DNA of 20,545 nucleotides from Candidatus Altiarchaeota archaeon (GTDB lineage: Archaea > Altiarchaeota > Altiarchaeia > IMC4 > QMZM01), in the NCBI GenBank assembly GCA_016931955.1, contig JAFGDV010000008.1:1-20545 (forward strand), read 5' to 3'. Shown piece after piece: positions 7,643-15,824 of this stretch. The translations under genes were made by a program, and so were the position numbers. A model generated the notes under the pieces. It searched no databases and was not told where the DNA came from. It saw only the letters and a list, made by a program, of their open reading frames with translations. Within the stretch, counting starts at the first letter, position 1, and each line of letters opens with the position of its first letter.

Positions 7643-8226
7643 GATACTTTTACTTTTTTGTTCTGGTGCTGGTTTCCTCTGGCTGCGTCTGGTATGAGGC
7701 CGACATAGAGCTTGCCTTGAAGAACAATGACCCCTCGAACTGCTATTCTGGGCTGGCGTCGCAGGAAAAGGACCTATCTCTCTGCGACAAGATAACCTCC
7801 CATGAGGCTAAGAGCGAATGCATGCGCAGGATTGCGGCGTCCACGAACGATTTATCGATCTGCGAGAGGATGTCAGGCGTGGATCGCGACCTCTGCGTCA
7901 AGACTCTTGCGGTGGAGCGCCGGGACCTTAACCTATGTGAATCCATTCAGTCCCAGAGCGAGAAAGACTACTGCTATAGCGGAGTCGCCCTGAACTCGGG
8001 GATGACAGTCTACTGCAACAAGATATCTAATGTGTATTCGAAGTTCGACTGCATAGAGTCTATCTCCGTCAACCGGAAGGATGCCAGCATCTGTTTAGAG
8101 ATCACGACGCCCGCTCTCAGGGACACCTGCATCCGCCGCGTCGCAGAGAGGCATAGGCAGAAGTTTGTCTGCCAGGGTATTAAGGACGATTATTTGCGCG
8201 GTAGTTGTGAGAACTTCGCCACCTAA
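7639..8226 (+). CDS. Lipoprotein built from ~26-aa Cys repeats
   Basis: Leader ending VSSGC; regular C-x13-C-x10/11 periodicity for six units (DLSLCDKI, DLSICERM, DLNLCESI, DASICLEI). Confidence 0.87.
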   Translation: MRYFYFFVLVLVSSGCVWYEADIELALKNNDPSNCYSGLASQEKDLSLCDKITSHEAKSECMRRIAASTNDLSICERMSGVDRDLCVKTLAVERRDLNLCESIQSQSEKDYCYSGVALNSGMTVYCNKISNVYSKFDCIESISVNRKDASICLEITTPALRDTCIRRVAERHRQKFVCQGIKDDYLRGSCENFAT

Positions 8227-8232
8227 CAAAGA

Positions 8233-9000
8233 TTATCTATGCTTGTTGAATTGTTCCTGGAATTGTTTTGCTTTTTCTTGTTGGTTCACTGAGTCCACTA
8301 TTGTCCTGCTGACGTTTATCAGGATGTTTGGTCCCGCAGCTTTTATGATTTTCTCAGGGTCTCCTCCTTGTGCGCCTACTCCGGGGCATAGGAAGACTCT
8401 GTCTTCCCCTATTTTTTCCCTTATTTTTCTGATGTCTTCCGTAGTCGTATTATCTGTGGCTCCCACGACTACGCCATCTGATCCGCCTTCCCTGACTTTC
8501 TGGGCTATCTCTAGGTATAATGGAACGCCGCCTATCATGGACTCCTTCTGGATCCAGCTGCTTTCAGGATTCGACATCAAAGTCAACACGAAGACTCCAA
8601 GTCCTCTTCTGTGTGCTCTTGCCGTGGTCTCCAGTATGTTCCCCGCGAACGGCGACAGCGTGAATGCGTCGAAGCCTGCTTCGCTGATCCAGTGCAAAGC
8701 AGACAGATTTGTTGAGCCTATGTCTCCCAGCTTGTGGTCTAGTATGGAGATACATCCCTTGTCATGTATTGCTTGGTTCAGCTTCCTTAATTGGTTGAGG
8801 TTCAGATCGAATAATATGAACTGAGAATTCGGCTTGTAGGCGCATGCGTAGTCGGAGGTCTTCTCTACCACGTCGAGGCAGAATTCCAGTATTTCCACTC
8901 CCATATCTCTTTTCAGGAATTTCTGCATGACGACATCTAAGCCCACGCATAGTATGCTGTTTTTCTCATCCCTTACCTTCTGGTAGAGGTCTAAGAACAT
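8233..9000 (-). CDS. pyrF: Orotidine-5'-phosphate decarboxylase
   Basis: SILCVGLD, YKPN, catalytic ILDHKLGDIGST, VVVGAT, LCPGVGAQGG, INVSR. Confidence 0.96.
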   Translation of the reverse strand: MFLDLYQKVRDEKNSILCVGLDVVMQKFLKRDMGVEILEFCLDVVEKTSDYACAYKPNSQFILFDLNLNQLRKLNQAIHDKGCISILDHKLGDIGSTNLSALHWISEAGFDAFTLSPFAGNILETTARAHRRGLGVFVLTLMSNPESSWIQKESMIGGVPLYLEIAQKVREGGSDGVVVGATDNTTTEDIRKIREKIGEDRVFLCPGVGAQGGDPEKIIKAAGPNILINVSRTIVDSVNQQEKAKQFQEQFNKHR

Positions 9001-9035
9001 AATATTAAATAATAAAAGAGATAGGTATAAAAAGG

Positions 9036-9419
9036 TTATCTGTGTTTTCTAACCAGCAGGTAGGCGAATGCCGGACTCACCAGTAAAACCACTGCTGCTA
9101 CTGTCGCCGTCGCAAACTCAGGCACTTCAAACTCTGGCCCTCCGTTACATAGGGGTATCTCTGAGCTATCTTTCATAAAATCGGCTGCTAAGCAAGCAAG
9201 GTCGGCGTCGTCTACAAAACCATTCCCTGTCAGATCCGCCGCTTCGGTGTAGTTTGCATCACCCACTGATTTGTTGTAGGACCACGCTAGTAGCTGCAAG
9301 TCATTGAGGTTCACTATCCCATCCCCATCTATGTCCGGGCACTTAACGCATGCCGCTTGTGCGTTCACTGCGGTCATGCAAAACAGGACAAACGCTAGCA
9401 AAACTATTAGTTTTTTCAT
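9036..9419 (-). CDS. Secreted dockerin-like protein with PEF-CTERM sorting signal
   Basis: Start MKKLIV at 9419 gives a clean signal peptide with TATATATAAATA ~28 nt upstream. PDIDGDGIVNLNDLQLLA and ADLTGNGFVDDADLACLA; VPEF + TM + RKHR. Confidence 0.88.
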   Translation of the reverse strand: MKKLIVLLAFVLFCMTAVNAQAACVKCPDIDGDGIVNLNDLQLLAWSYNKSVGDANYTEAADLTGNGFVDDADLACLAADFMKDSSEIPLCNGGPEFEVPEFATATVAAVVLLVSPAFAYLLVRKHR

Positions 9420-9520
9420 TTTTGTGTTATCTATCTTGGATTTCATATTTATATATAGTACAATTTTTAATTTTTATTAGTATATATTGTATATATAATG
9501 CAACTTTTTATCCCATAATG

Positions 9521-9576
9521 CATAAAGAAGAGACTAAATCGGCAGGCTTGGCGGCGTAATCTCCACCCCCTGCTCG
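9521..9576 (-). terminator. GC-rich stem-loop followed by a U-rich tract downstream of pyrC
   Basis: Minus strand GCAGG-g-GGTGG-agattacg-CCGCC-aag-CCTGC, then atttagtctcttctttatg, in an otherwise AT-rich spacer. Confidence 0.4.
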
Positions 9577-9615
9577 AAGGATATATCACCTATGTCAGAA
9601 GCATACAATTGGAGT

Positions 9616-10950
9616 TCATTCCTCATTTTTTGTGTAGGTTATCTCCTTTCCAAGTGTATCCCCTATGACGCCTTCATCAAAGACGAGGTTTCCTCTGACG
9701 AATGTCTTAAGCGGCCAGCCCCTCAGCTTCCAGCCGTCGAATGGGCTCCACCCGCATTTGGTGAACAGTTTCTCGTTCTCTACCTTAGCCTCCTTCTTCA
9801 AGTCCACTATGACGAGGTCCGCATCATAGCCTTCCACTATCGCCCCCTTACCTCTTATCCTGAATATCTTAGCAGGACTTCCAGCTGTTAGTTTCGACAG
9901 CTCTATGAGGCTGATGGTTCCCTTCCCCACCTCATTCAAAAGCAGAGGCAGTAGTGTTTCTAGTCCCGGCATCCCAGAGCTCGCACTCAATATATCCTTT
10001 TCTTTTTCTTCTAGTAGGTGGGGTGCGTGATCCGTCGCTATAACGTCTATGACGCCTGAGCGGATCGCCTTCCACAATGTCCCCTGATCCTGCTTCGACC
10101 TTAATGGGGGGTTGACCTTTGAGTAGTTTCCCAACTCCTTTATGTTCTCTTTCGTGAGGAATAGGTTGTGAGGTGTAACCTCTGACGTAACACCCTCTCT
10201 CTTATTCTTCCTCAACAGGTTCACCTCCTCCCTCGTCGATACATGGCAGAAGTGGATTCTGCTCCCCGCCTTCCTGGAGAGGTACAGAAGCTGGTTCAAT
10301 GCTGTTGAAGCACATATGTTCGGCCGGTAATCCGCATAATCAACCGCCGTAGGATTCTCCTTCTGTTTCAGCTTCTCCAACCAGTATTGGACCATGTCGC
10401 GGTTCTCTGCATGCGTCGTCGCCAGTATACCCTTCTTTGCGAGGATCTTTAATTCTTCATAGATCACTGCATCGTTGTCCACCCTCAGATTCCCAGTGGT
10501 CACGCTCATATAGAATTTAACGGATGCTATGTCGTCCTCCAGTCTCCGAAGTTCGTCCAAGTTGTCAAGTGATGCCCCAAAATGGAAGCCGTAGTCGACC
10601 TTCGCCTTGGGTTTCGCTATGGCCCGTTTATCGCTAAGGGTCTGAATTGTCGTCGTCGGAGGCTGCGTGTTCGGCATATCCAAGACCGTGGTAACGCCGC
10701 CTGCTGCTGCCGCAGAGGTTCCAGTTATCCAGTCCTCCTTTGAGCTTGAGCCTGGCTCCCTCAGGTGCACGTGAACATCTATCAACCCAGGTAGAACGTA
10801 GTTTCCATGAGCGTCTATTACCCGGTCAGCCTGAGGCAGTTTAGGATCCGATACTATCTGCTTTATCCTGCCTTCTTCTATTACTAGTCCGGCTTGAACT
10901 ATTTTGTCGGATAAAACAAGCCTCGCGTTTTTTATTACTAAGTCAGGCAT
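9616..10950 (-). CDS. pyrC: Dihydroorotase (amidohydrolase superfamily)
   Basis: LPGLIDVHVHLREPG, AAAGGVTTVLDMPNT, KVNPPLR, IATDHAPH, KCGWSPFDG; pyr gene context. Confidence 0.93.
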   Translation of the reverse strand: MPDLVIKNARLVLSDKIVQAGLVIEEGRIKQIVSDPKLPQADRVIDAHGNYVLPGLIDVHVHLREPGSSSKEDWITGTSAAAAGGVTTVLDMPNTQPPTTTIQTLSDKRAIAKPKAKVDYGFHFGASLDNLDELRRLEDDIASVKFYMSVTTGNLRVDNDAVIYEELKILAKKGILATTHAENRDMVQYWLEKLKQKENPTAVDYADYRPNICASTALNQLLYLSRKAGSRIHFCHVSTREEVNLLRKNKREGVTSEVTPHNLFLTKENIKELGNYSKVNPPLRSKQDQGTLWKAIRSGVIDVIATDHAPHLLEEKEKDILSASSGMPGLETLLPLLLNEVGKGTISLIELSKLTAGSPAKIFRIRGKGAIVEGYDADLVIVDLKKEAKVENEKLFTKCGWSPFDGWKLRGWPLKTFVRGNLVFDEGVIGDTLGKEITYTKNEE

Positions 10951-10971
10951 CTTATCTATTATCTCTTCCGC

Positions 10972-11757
10972 TTATATATCGCATCTGGAGCCTGATGCAT
11001 CTCTTCGATATCTCCCGAACTCTGAGTCCTTGAGTTCCTCTGCAGTGAACACCGGCCCCTCCTTGCAGACCCTCTTCCCTGAGGGATCGACGCAGCATTG
11101 GCCGCATATTCCGTTGCCGCATTTCATGTACCTATCCAGCGAGATCTGGCAGGGGATCTTTTTTTCAAGGGAGAGGTCTGCTATTACCTTCATCATGGGC
11201 TCTGGGCCGCAGGTGTATATCTGGTCTATTTCCCCTTTGTCCAGTAGGTTATGTAAGACGTCGCACACTGAGCCGCGGCTGCCGCAGGTTCCATCGTCTG
11301 TTGCAATCAATAGATCCAGTTTTTTCTTCTTAAGTTCATCGATCCACATAAGTTCGTCCACTGTTGACGCCCCCTGGATTACGGTTAATTCCCGCCCCCC
11401 CTTAAGTAGTTCATCTATGATCGGCCTCAATGGGGCTATCCCCACACCCCCTGCCGCAACGCAGACCTTTTTTCCCTCAATCCTGAAGCAGCCGTCTCCG
11501 AAGGGTCCCCTGATCCCTATGAGGTCTCCCTTCTTCAGAGTGAACATCTTTTTAGTGAATGCTCCGACCTCTCTGATCGTGAACTCTGCCTTATCCTTCA
11601 AGCTGCTGAAGCTGAAGGGTTTTTCCCCAACGCCTGGGATCCAGAGCATGGCGAACTGCCCCGGCTTCGCCGCCATTTTCTTATCCAGGGTGAACGTCTT
11701 CACAGTAGGCGTCTCATCCTTCACCTTAAGGATCCTCACGATATCAGGCGCACCCAT
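10972..11757 (-). CDS. pyrK: Dihydroorotate dehydrogenase electron transfer subunit
   Basis: PGQFAMLW, KPFS, RGPFG, AGGVGIAP, YTCGPEPMM, [2Fe-2S] motif MKCGNGICGQC...VCKEGPVF. ATG 11757 is preceded by a GGTGA Shine-Dalgarno and preferred over the TTG at 11772. Confidence 0.95.
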   Translation of the reverse strand: MGAPDIVRILKVKDETPTVKTFTLDKKMAAKPGQFAMLWIPGVGEKPFSFSSLKDKAEFTIREVGAFTKKMFTLKKGDLIGIRGPFGDGCFRIEGKKVCVAAGGVGIAPLRPIIDELLKGGRELTVIQGASTVDELMWIDELKKKKLDLLIATDDGTCGSRGSVCDVLHNLLDKGEIDQIYTCGPEPMMKVIADLSLEKKIPCQISLDRYMKCGNGICGQCCVDPSGKRVCKEGPVFTAEELKDSEFGRYRRDASGSRCDI

Positions 11758-12457
11758 CTCTTTCACCTGCAAGTATTAGGGATATGTTGTCTATGCCACC
11801 CCGCTCATCTGCCATCCCCACAAGGGCGTCGCATGCCTCATCAAGGCTTCTGGATTCCAGAACCTTACCCCTTATCTCCTCATCCGATACCATATCAGTC
11901 AACCCGTCGCAGCAAAGCAGTACGATATCCTCGGCTCCAACATCCGCTTTGAACACACTGGGTTCCACTTCCGGCAGACAGCCTATAGCCTGCTGCAGGG
12001 CCCCTCCCATGTCAACGTGGTCCTCGGTGACCTGCTTTACCCCCCTCTTGTTTATTATGTAAAGCCTTGAGTCCCCTACGTTCCCAACGTAGAGCCTTAG
12101 GTCGTCCAGTACAGCAGCAACCATTGTAGTGCACATCCCGGCGTGTTTCGGGTTCCTAGCAGCGTAGTCCAGTAGGCTTCTATTTGCTTGCTTTATCCCT
12201 GCCTTCAACGAGGGTGAATAATCTACGTCCCTCACCGAGGAAGACAATTCCGGTAGCATGTATTCTGCGAGCATCTTCGTCGCCAGGTAGCTTGCGGTTT
12301 CCCCGGAGGGTGAGCCGCCTACGCCGTCTCCAAGAACCAATAATAAACGTTCATATTTCTTGGACTCATAGACTGCATTGATTCTGAGGACTACTATGCT
12401 GTCTTCGTCCCTGTCTCGGATCTTCCCAGTTTCCGATCTATGGGCTACCTTAATCAT
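11744..12457 (-). CDS. PP2C/PPM-family Ser/Thr protein phosphatase
   Basis: GKIRDRDEDS, LGDGVGG, GETAS, MCTT, NVGDSRLY, TEDH, LLCCDGLTD, GGIDNIS; overlaps both pyrD and pyrK. Confidence 0.92.
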   Translation of the reverse strand: MIKVAHRSETGKIRDRDEDSIVVLRINAVYESKKYERLLLVLGDGVGGSPSGETASYLATKMLAEYMLPELSSSVRDVDYSPSLKAGIKQANRSLLDYAARNPKHAGMCTTMVAAVLDDLRLYVGNVGDSRLYIINKRGVKQVTEDHVDMGGALQQAIGCLPEVEPSVFKADVGAEDIVLLCCDGLTDMVSDEEIRGKVLESRSLDEACDALVGMADERGGIDNISLILAGERDGCA

Positions 12458-13367
12458 GCGCCTTACCCCTTAGCTCATCAATTTTAGAGTAACCCCACTC
12501 CTCCATGAATCCTTCTAGTTCACCACAGATTTCAGAGAACACCTTGAGGTCTCTATTCATAACAGCAGTACCTACTCCGACAGCGGTTGCCCCCGCCATC
12601 ATCATCTCTACCGCGTCTCTCCCCGTCTGGATGCCGCCCACCCCAATGATTGGTATATTCACGGCCTCATATATTTCATACACGCATCTAACTGCGAGGG
12701 GCTTTATGGCTGAGCCACTCATGCCTCCGAACTTGTTTGAGAGTATCGGTTTAGCGGTTTCTATGTTTATCGCCATCCCGGGACCGTAGCTGTTTATCGC
12801 AGAGATGATGTCTGCGCCGGCGGACTCGGCCGCCTTCGCAATTGACGCAATATCTAAAACATTCGGTGTTAGCTTCACTATCAAAGGAATCCTTGTCTTG
12901 TTCTTTACTTTTTCTGTAATCTTTCCTGTAACCTCCGGGTCCGTGCCAAACGGTTTCCCGTATTCGGATTCCATGTTGGGGCAGGATATGTTCGCCTCGA
13001 TGAATGCAGGCTTCGCCTCGCTTATCCTCTCCGCTACTTCACCGAATTCCTTTACTGTTCTTCCGTAGAAGCTCGCTATGACCGGCGCCTTTATCTCCTT
13101 CACTGCCTTTCTGAGTTCTTCAAGCGACTCATCCGGTGAGGGGCAGGACAGGCCTACTGCATTCAATAGCCCCGAAGTGACCTCCACCACAACAGGCGTC
13201 GGATGGCCTTCTCGTCTCTCCGGCCCGATGGACTTCATTGTGACGGCTCCCGCTCCAGCCTCGGCCACCCTCTTCAGTGAAGACGCTGTAACGCCTAGGA
13301 TCCCGGAAGCCAGCACAGTCGGATTCCTTAGTCTCACCCCAAGCAGGGAGGTTGATATGTCCACCAT
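12450..13367 (-). CDS. pyrD: Dihydroorotate dehydrogenase, family 1B catalytic subunit
   Basis: NPTVLASG, LLNAVGL, ANISCPN (catalytic Cys), VKLTPN, GGMSGSAIKP, IIGVGGI. Confidence 0.96.
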   Translation of the reverse strand: MVDISTSLLGVRLRNPTVLASGILGVTASSLKRVAEAGAGAVTMKSIGPERREGHPTPVVVEVTSGLLNAVGLSCPSPDESLEELRKAVKEIKAPVIASFYGRTVKEFGEVAERISEAKPAFIEANISCPNMESEYGKPFGTDPEVTGKITEKVKNKTRIPLIVKLTPNVLDIASIAKAAESAGADIISAINSYGPGMAINIETAKPILSNKFGGMSGSAIKPLAVRCVYEIYEAVNIPIIGVGGIQTGRDAVEMMMAGATAVGVGTAVMNRDLKVFSEICGELEGFMEEWGYSKIDELRGKAHD

Positions 13368-13402
13368 CTTCTTTTAATTATTTTCATTCATCAATATTAA
13401 CC
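13368..13402. promoter_or_regulatory. 35-bp bidirectional promoter region
   Basis: TTTTAATT (13372-13379) lies 24-31 nt before ATG 13403. Minus-strand TTAATATT (13400-13393) lies 26-33 nt before pyrD ATG 13367. Confidence 0.55.
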
Positions 13403-14320
13403 ATGAGGCCGAAGATTCTGATCACAGACAAGATACATGATTCTGCGATAGAGGAGGCACGGTCATTCGCAGACGTCGACCTAGAATTCGACATACCCCC
13501 TGATAGACTTATCAAGAAGATCAGAGACTACGACGCACTTATCGTGAGGAGCAGTACCAAGGTGACAAAGGACGTGATAGAGAGAAGCAACCTCAAGATC
13601 ATCGGCAGAGCCGGCGTCGGCTTGGACAACATAGACGTGGAAGCTGCCTGCAAGAAAAACATAGAAGTCGTCAACTCCCCTGAGGCGAGCACCATAGCCG
13701 TCGCTGAGCTGGTCATAGGCTCCCTCATAACCCTGCTGAGGAAGATACATCACGCCCACCACTCCATGCGGGAGGGCAGGTGGGAGCGCAGCAGATTCAC
13801 TGGTAACGAGCTTTTTGGAAAAACCCTAGGCATCATCGGCTTCGGCAGGATCGGCAGAGAGGTCGCTGACCGGGCCAACGCCTTCGGGATGAACGTCCAA
13901 GTATATGACCCAGTCATCACCGTAGAGGATGCCCGCGAGAGCAATTGCCGTTTTTCTGAAATAGAGGATCTATTGAAGACATCCGACATTGTCACACTGC
14001 ATGTGCCCCTCACCAAGGAGACTAAGAACATCATAGGCCAGAAGAGATTATCCCTGATGAAGCCTTACGCCGTCTTGGTCAACATCGCCAGGGGCGGCTT
14101 AGTCGATGAAAAAGCACTGTATGATGCCCTGAAGAATAATCGACTTCGGGGAGCTGTCCTCGACGTCTTCGAGGAGGAGCCTCCCAAGGTTCAACTATTC
14201 CGTGACCTTGAGAATGTGGTGTTGACGCCTCATCTCGGCGCCTCGACGGATGAGGCACAGATTAACGCAGGCACCGTTGTAGTGGAAAAGATCAGGAACT
14301 TCTTCAGAAGCCAAAACTAG
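13403..14320 (+). CDS. serA: D-3-phosphoglycerate dehydrogenase-like D-2-hydroxyacid dehydrogenase (short form, no ACT domain)
   Basis: Start MRPKILITD at 13403 avoids overlap with pyr[53 protein letters not shown]. Substrate specificity is inferred. Confidence 0.82.
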   Translation: MRPKILITDKIHDSAIEEARSFADVDLEFDIPPDRLIKKIRDYDALIVRSSTKVTKDVIERSNLKIIGRAGVGLDNIDVEAACKKNIEVVNSPEASTIAVAELVIGSLITLLRKIHHAHHSMREGRWERSRFTGNELFGKTLGIIGFGRIGREVADRANAFGMNVQVYDPVITVEDARESNCRFSEIEDLLKTSDIVTLHVPLTKETKNIIGQKRLSLMKPYAVLVNIARGGLVDEKALYDALKNNRLRGAVLDVFEEEPPKVQLFRDLENVVLTPHLGASTDEAQINAGTVVVEKIRNFFRSQN

Positions 14321-14323
14321 GGG

Positions 14324-15823
14324 GTGGATTCCTTGTATGCTACCGTTGACTGGAACAGAGAGAATCTGATCAGGAGGTTTGAGGGGGAGGGTATGGTGTT
14401 GACATCCCACGCCTTCGACTGGATCATCTCGCACAAGATCAACCCAGAGGAGATCATCTCCGAGGCCAAGGATAAGGGTATCTGGCTCATCGCTGACGAG
14501 TTCCTTGAGGAGTTCCTTGACGGCCGGAGGGCGAAGCAGGAGGAAAAACCCCAGCTCGTGGAGGTTGAGAGGAAAAAACACATAGTATCAAAGGATATTG
14601 ACCCCCTGCTTAAGATCCACACGGAATCCGATGTCTCCGGTAGATCGACCTGTGAGGGAATCCTTGAAAACTTCGTCGAATACTTTAATGGGAAATACTC
14701 TAACTTGAGGAACATACTCAGGGAGAGAGAGATCCTGAAGGGCGCTGTACCCATCGAGGTCGCGAGAAAGAATAAGGGGGAAGACAACATGAGGGTTATC
14801 GCCATGGTCTCCGCTAAGAGGGAGAGCAAAAAAGGCTACCGTTTCCTTGACGTCGAAGACCCTACAGGAGAGCTCACCGTCCTCATCTCAGGCGACGACT
14901 CAAAGATGCAGCTGCTCTACGACCAGATCCTCCTTGACGAGGTCATAGGTATCATGGGCAGATTCAGCAACGACATCTTTGTCGCGAATGAGATTTTTCA
15001 ACCGGATCTTCCTCTCGACAATAAGGCAGCGACTGCCGACGAACCCGTCTATGTCGCCTTCATCTCGGACATCCACGTCGGCAGCTACCTTTTCCAGGAG
15101 AAGGAGTTCAACCACTTCATCGACTGCCTGAATCTGAAGGGCAACAACAACGACATCTTCGATAAAGTGAAATACGTCTTAGTTGCAGGAGACCTCGTTG
15201 ACGGCATCGGCGTCTACCCTAATCAGGAGAAGGAACTTTCTATTCCAGACATCTACAAGCAGTATGACTTCCTCGCCAGCCTCCTTGAAAGGGTTCCTGA
15301 CTATATCGAGATCGTCCTCGCCATGGGCAACCACGATGCTGTCCGCGGGGCTGAGCCTCAACCGAGGCTTGACAACGACATCGGGGCGCCGCTCTATGAC
15401 CTGCCTAATGTCCACGTCGTAGGCAACCCGGTGACGGTTTCACTCCATGGTGTCAGAACATTGATGTATCATGGGACCTCCCTTGACACCGTTATAGGTA
15501 ACTTGGCTTCCTGCACCTATTCTAAGCCCGAGACGGCGATGATAGAGTACTTGAAGAGGAGATACCTTGTGCCAGTCTACGGCAGCGACGTTATCTCCCC
15601 TGAGAGAGTCGACTATCTTACAATAAACTCGATCCCGGACATACTGCACTGCGGTCACGTCCACACTAACGGATATGCTATCTACCGCGGAGTGCGCATC
15701 ATAAACTCGGGAACCTGGCAGGGCCGAACAAAGTATCAGGAAGAGTTAGGCCATCTTCCGACGCCTGCACGGGTTCCGGTGATGAATCTACAGAATCTGG
15801 AGGTCTCTGTGATACACTTTTAA
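14324..15823 (+). CDS. polB: DNA polymerase D (Pol II) small subunit DP1, proofreading exonuclease
   Basis: OB-fold region VEDPTG...LLDEVIG; phosphoesterase motifs ISDIHVGS, AGDLVDGIGVYPNQ, GNHD, YHG, GHVH, NSGTWQ. Confidence 0.96.
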   Translation: MDSLYATVDWNRENLIRRFEGEGMVLTSHAFDWIISHKINPEEIISEAKDKGIWLIADEFLEEFLDGRRAKQEEKPQLVEVERKKHIVSKDIDPLLKIHTESDVSGRSTCEGILENFVEYFNGKYSNLRNILREREILKGAVPIEVARKNKGEDNMRVIAMVSAKRESKKGYRFLDVEDPTGELTVLISGDDSKMQLLYDQILLDEVIGIMGRFSNDIFVANEIFQPDLPLDNKAATADEPVYVAFISDIHVGSYLFQEKEFNHFIDCLNLKGNNNDIFDKVKYVLVAGDLVDGIGVYPNQEKELSIPDIYKQYDFLASLLERVPDYIEIVLAMGNHDAVRGAEPQPRLDNDIGAPLYDLPNVHVVGNPVTVSLHGVRTLMYHGTSLDTVIGNLASCTYSKPETAMIEYLKRRYLVPVYGSDVISPERVDYLTINSIPDILHCGHVHTNGYAIYRGVRIINSGTWQGRTKYQEELGHLPTPARVPVMNLQNLEVSVIHF

Positions 15824-15824
15824 G

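Noticed and set aside
9447-9500. TATATA-rich inverted repeats upstream of the dockerin gene
   Set aside because: Low-complexity AT sequence in which such symmetry is expected by chance; adequately explained as promoter.
10904-11779. 291-aa plus-strand ORF and similar antisense ORFs (8165-8824, 14317-14829, 17499-18023, 19527-20475)
   Set aside because: They lie opposite well-supported genes and have no recognisable motifs; shadow frames.
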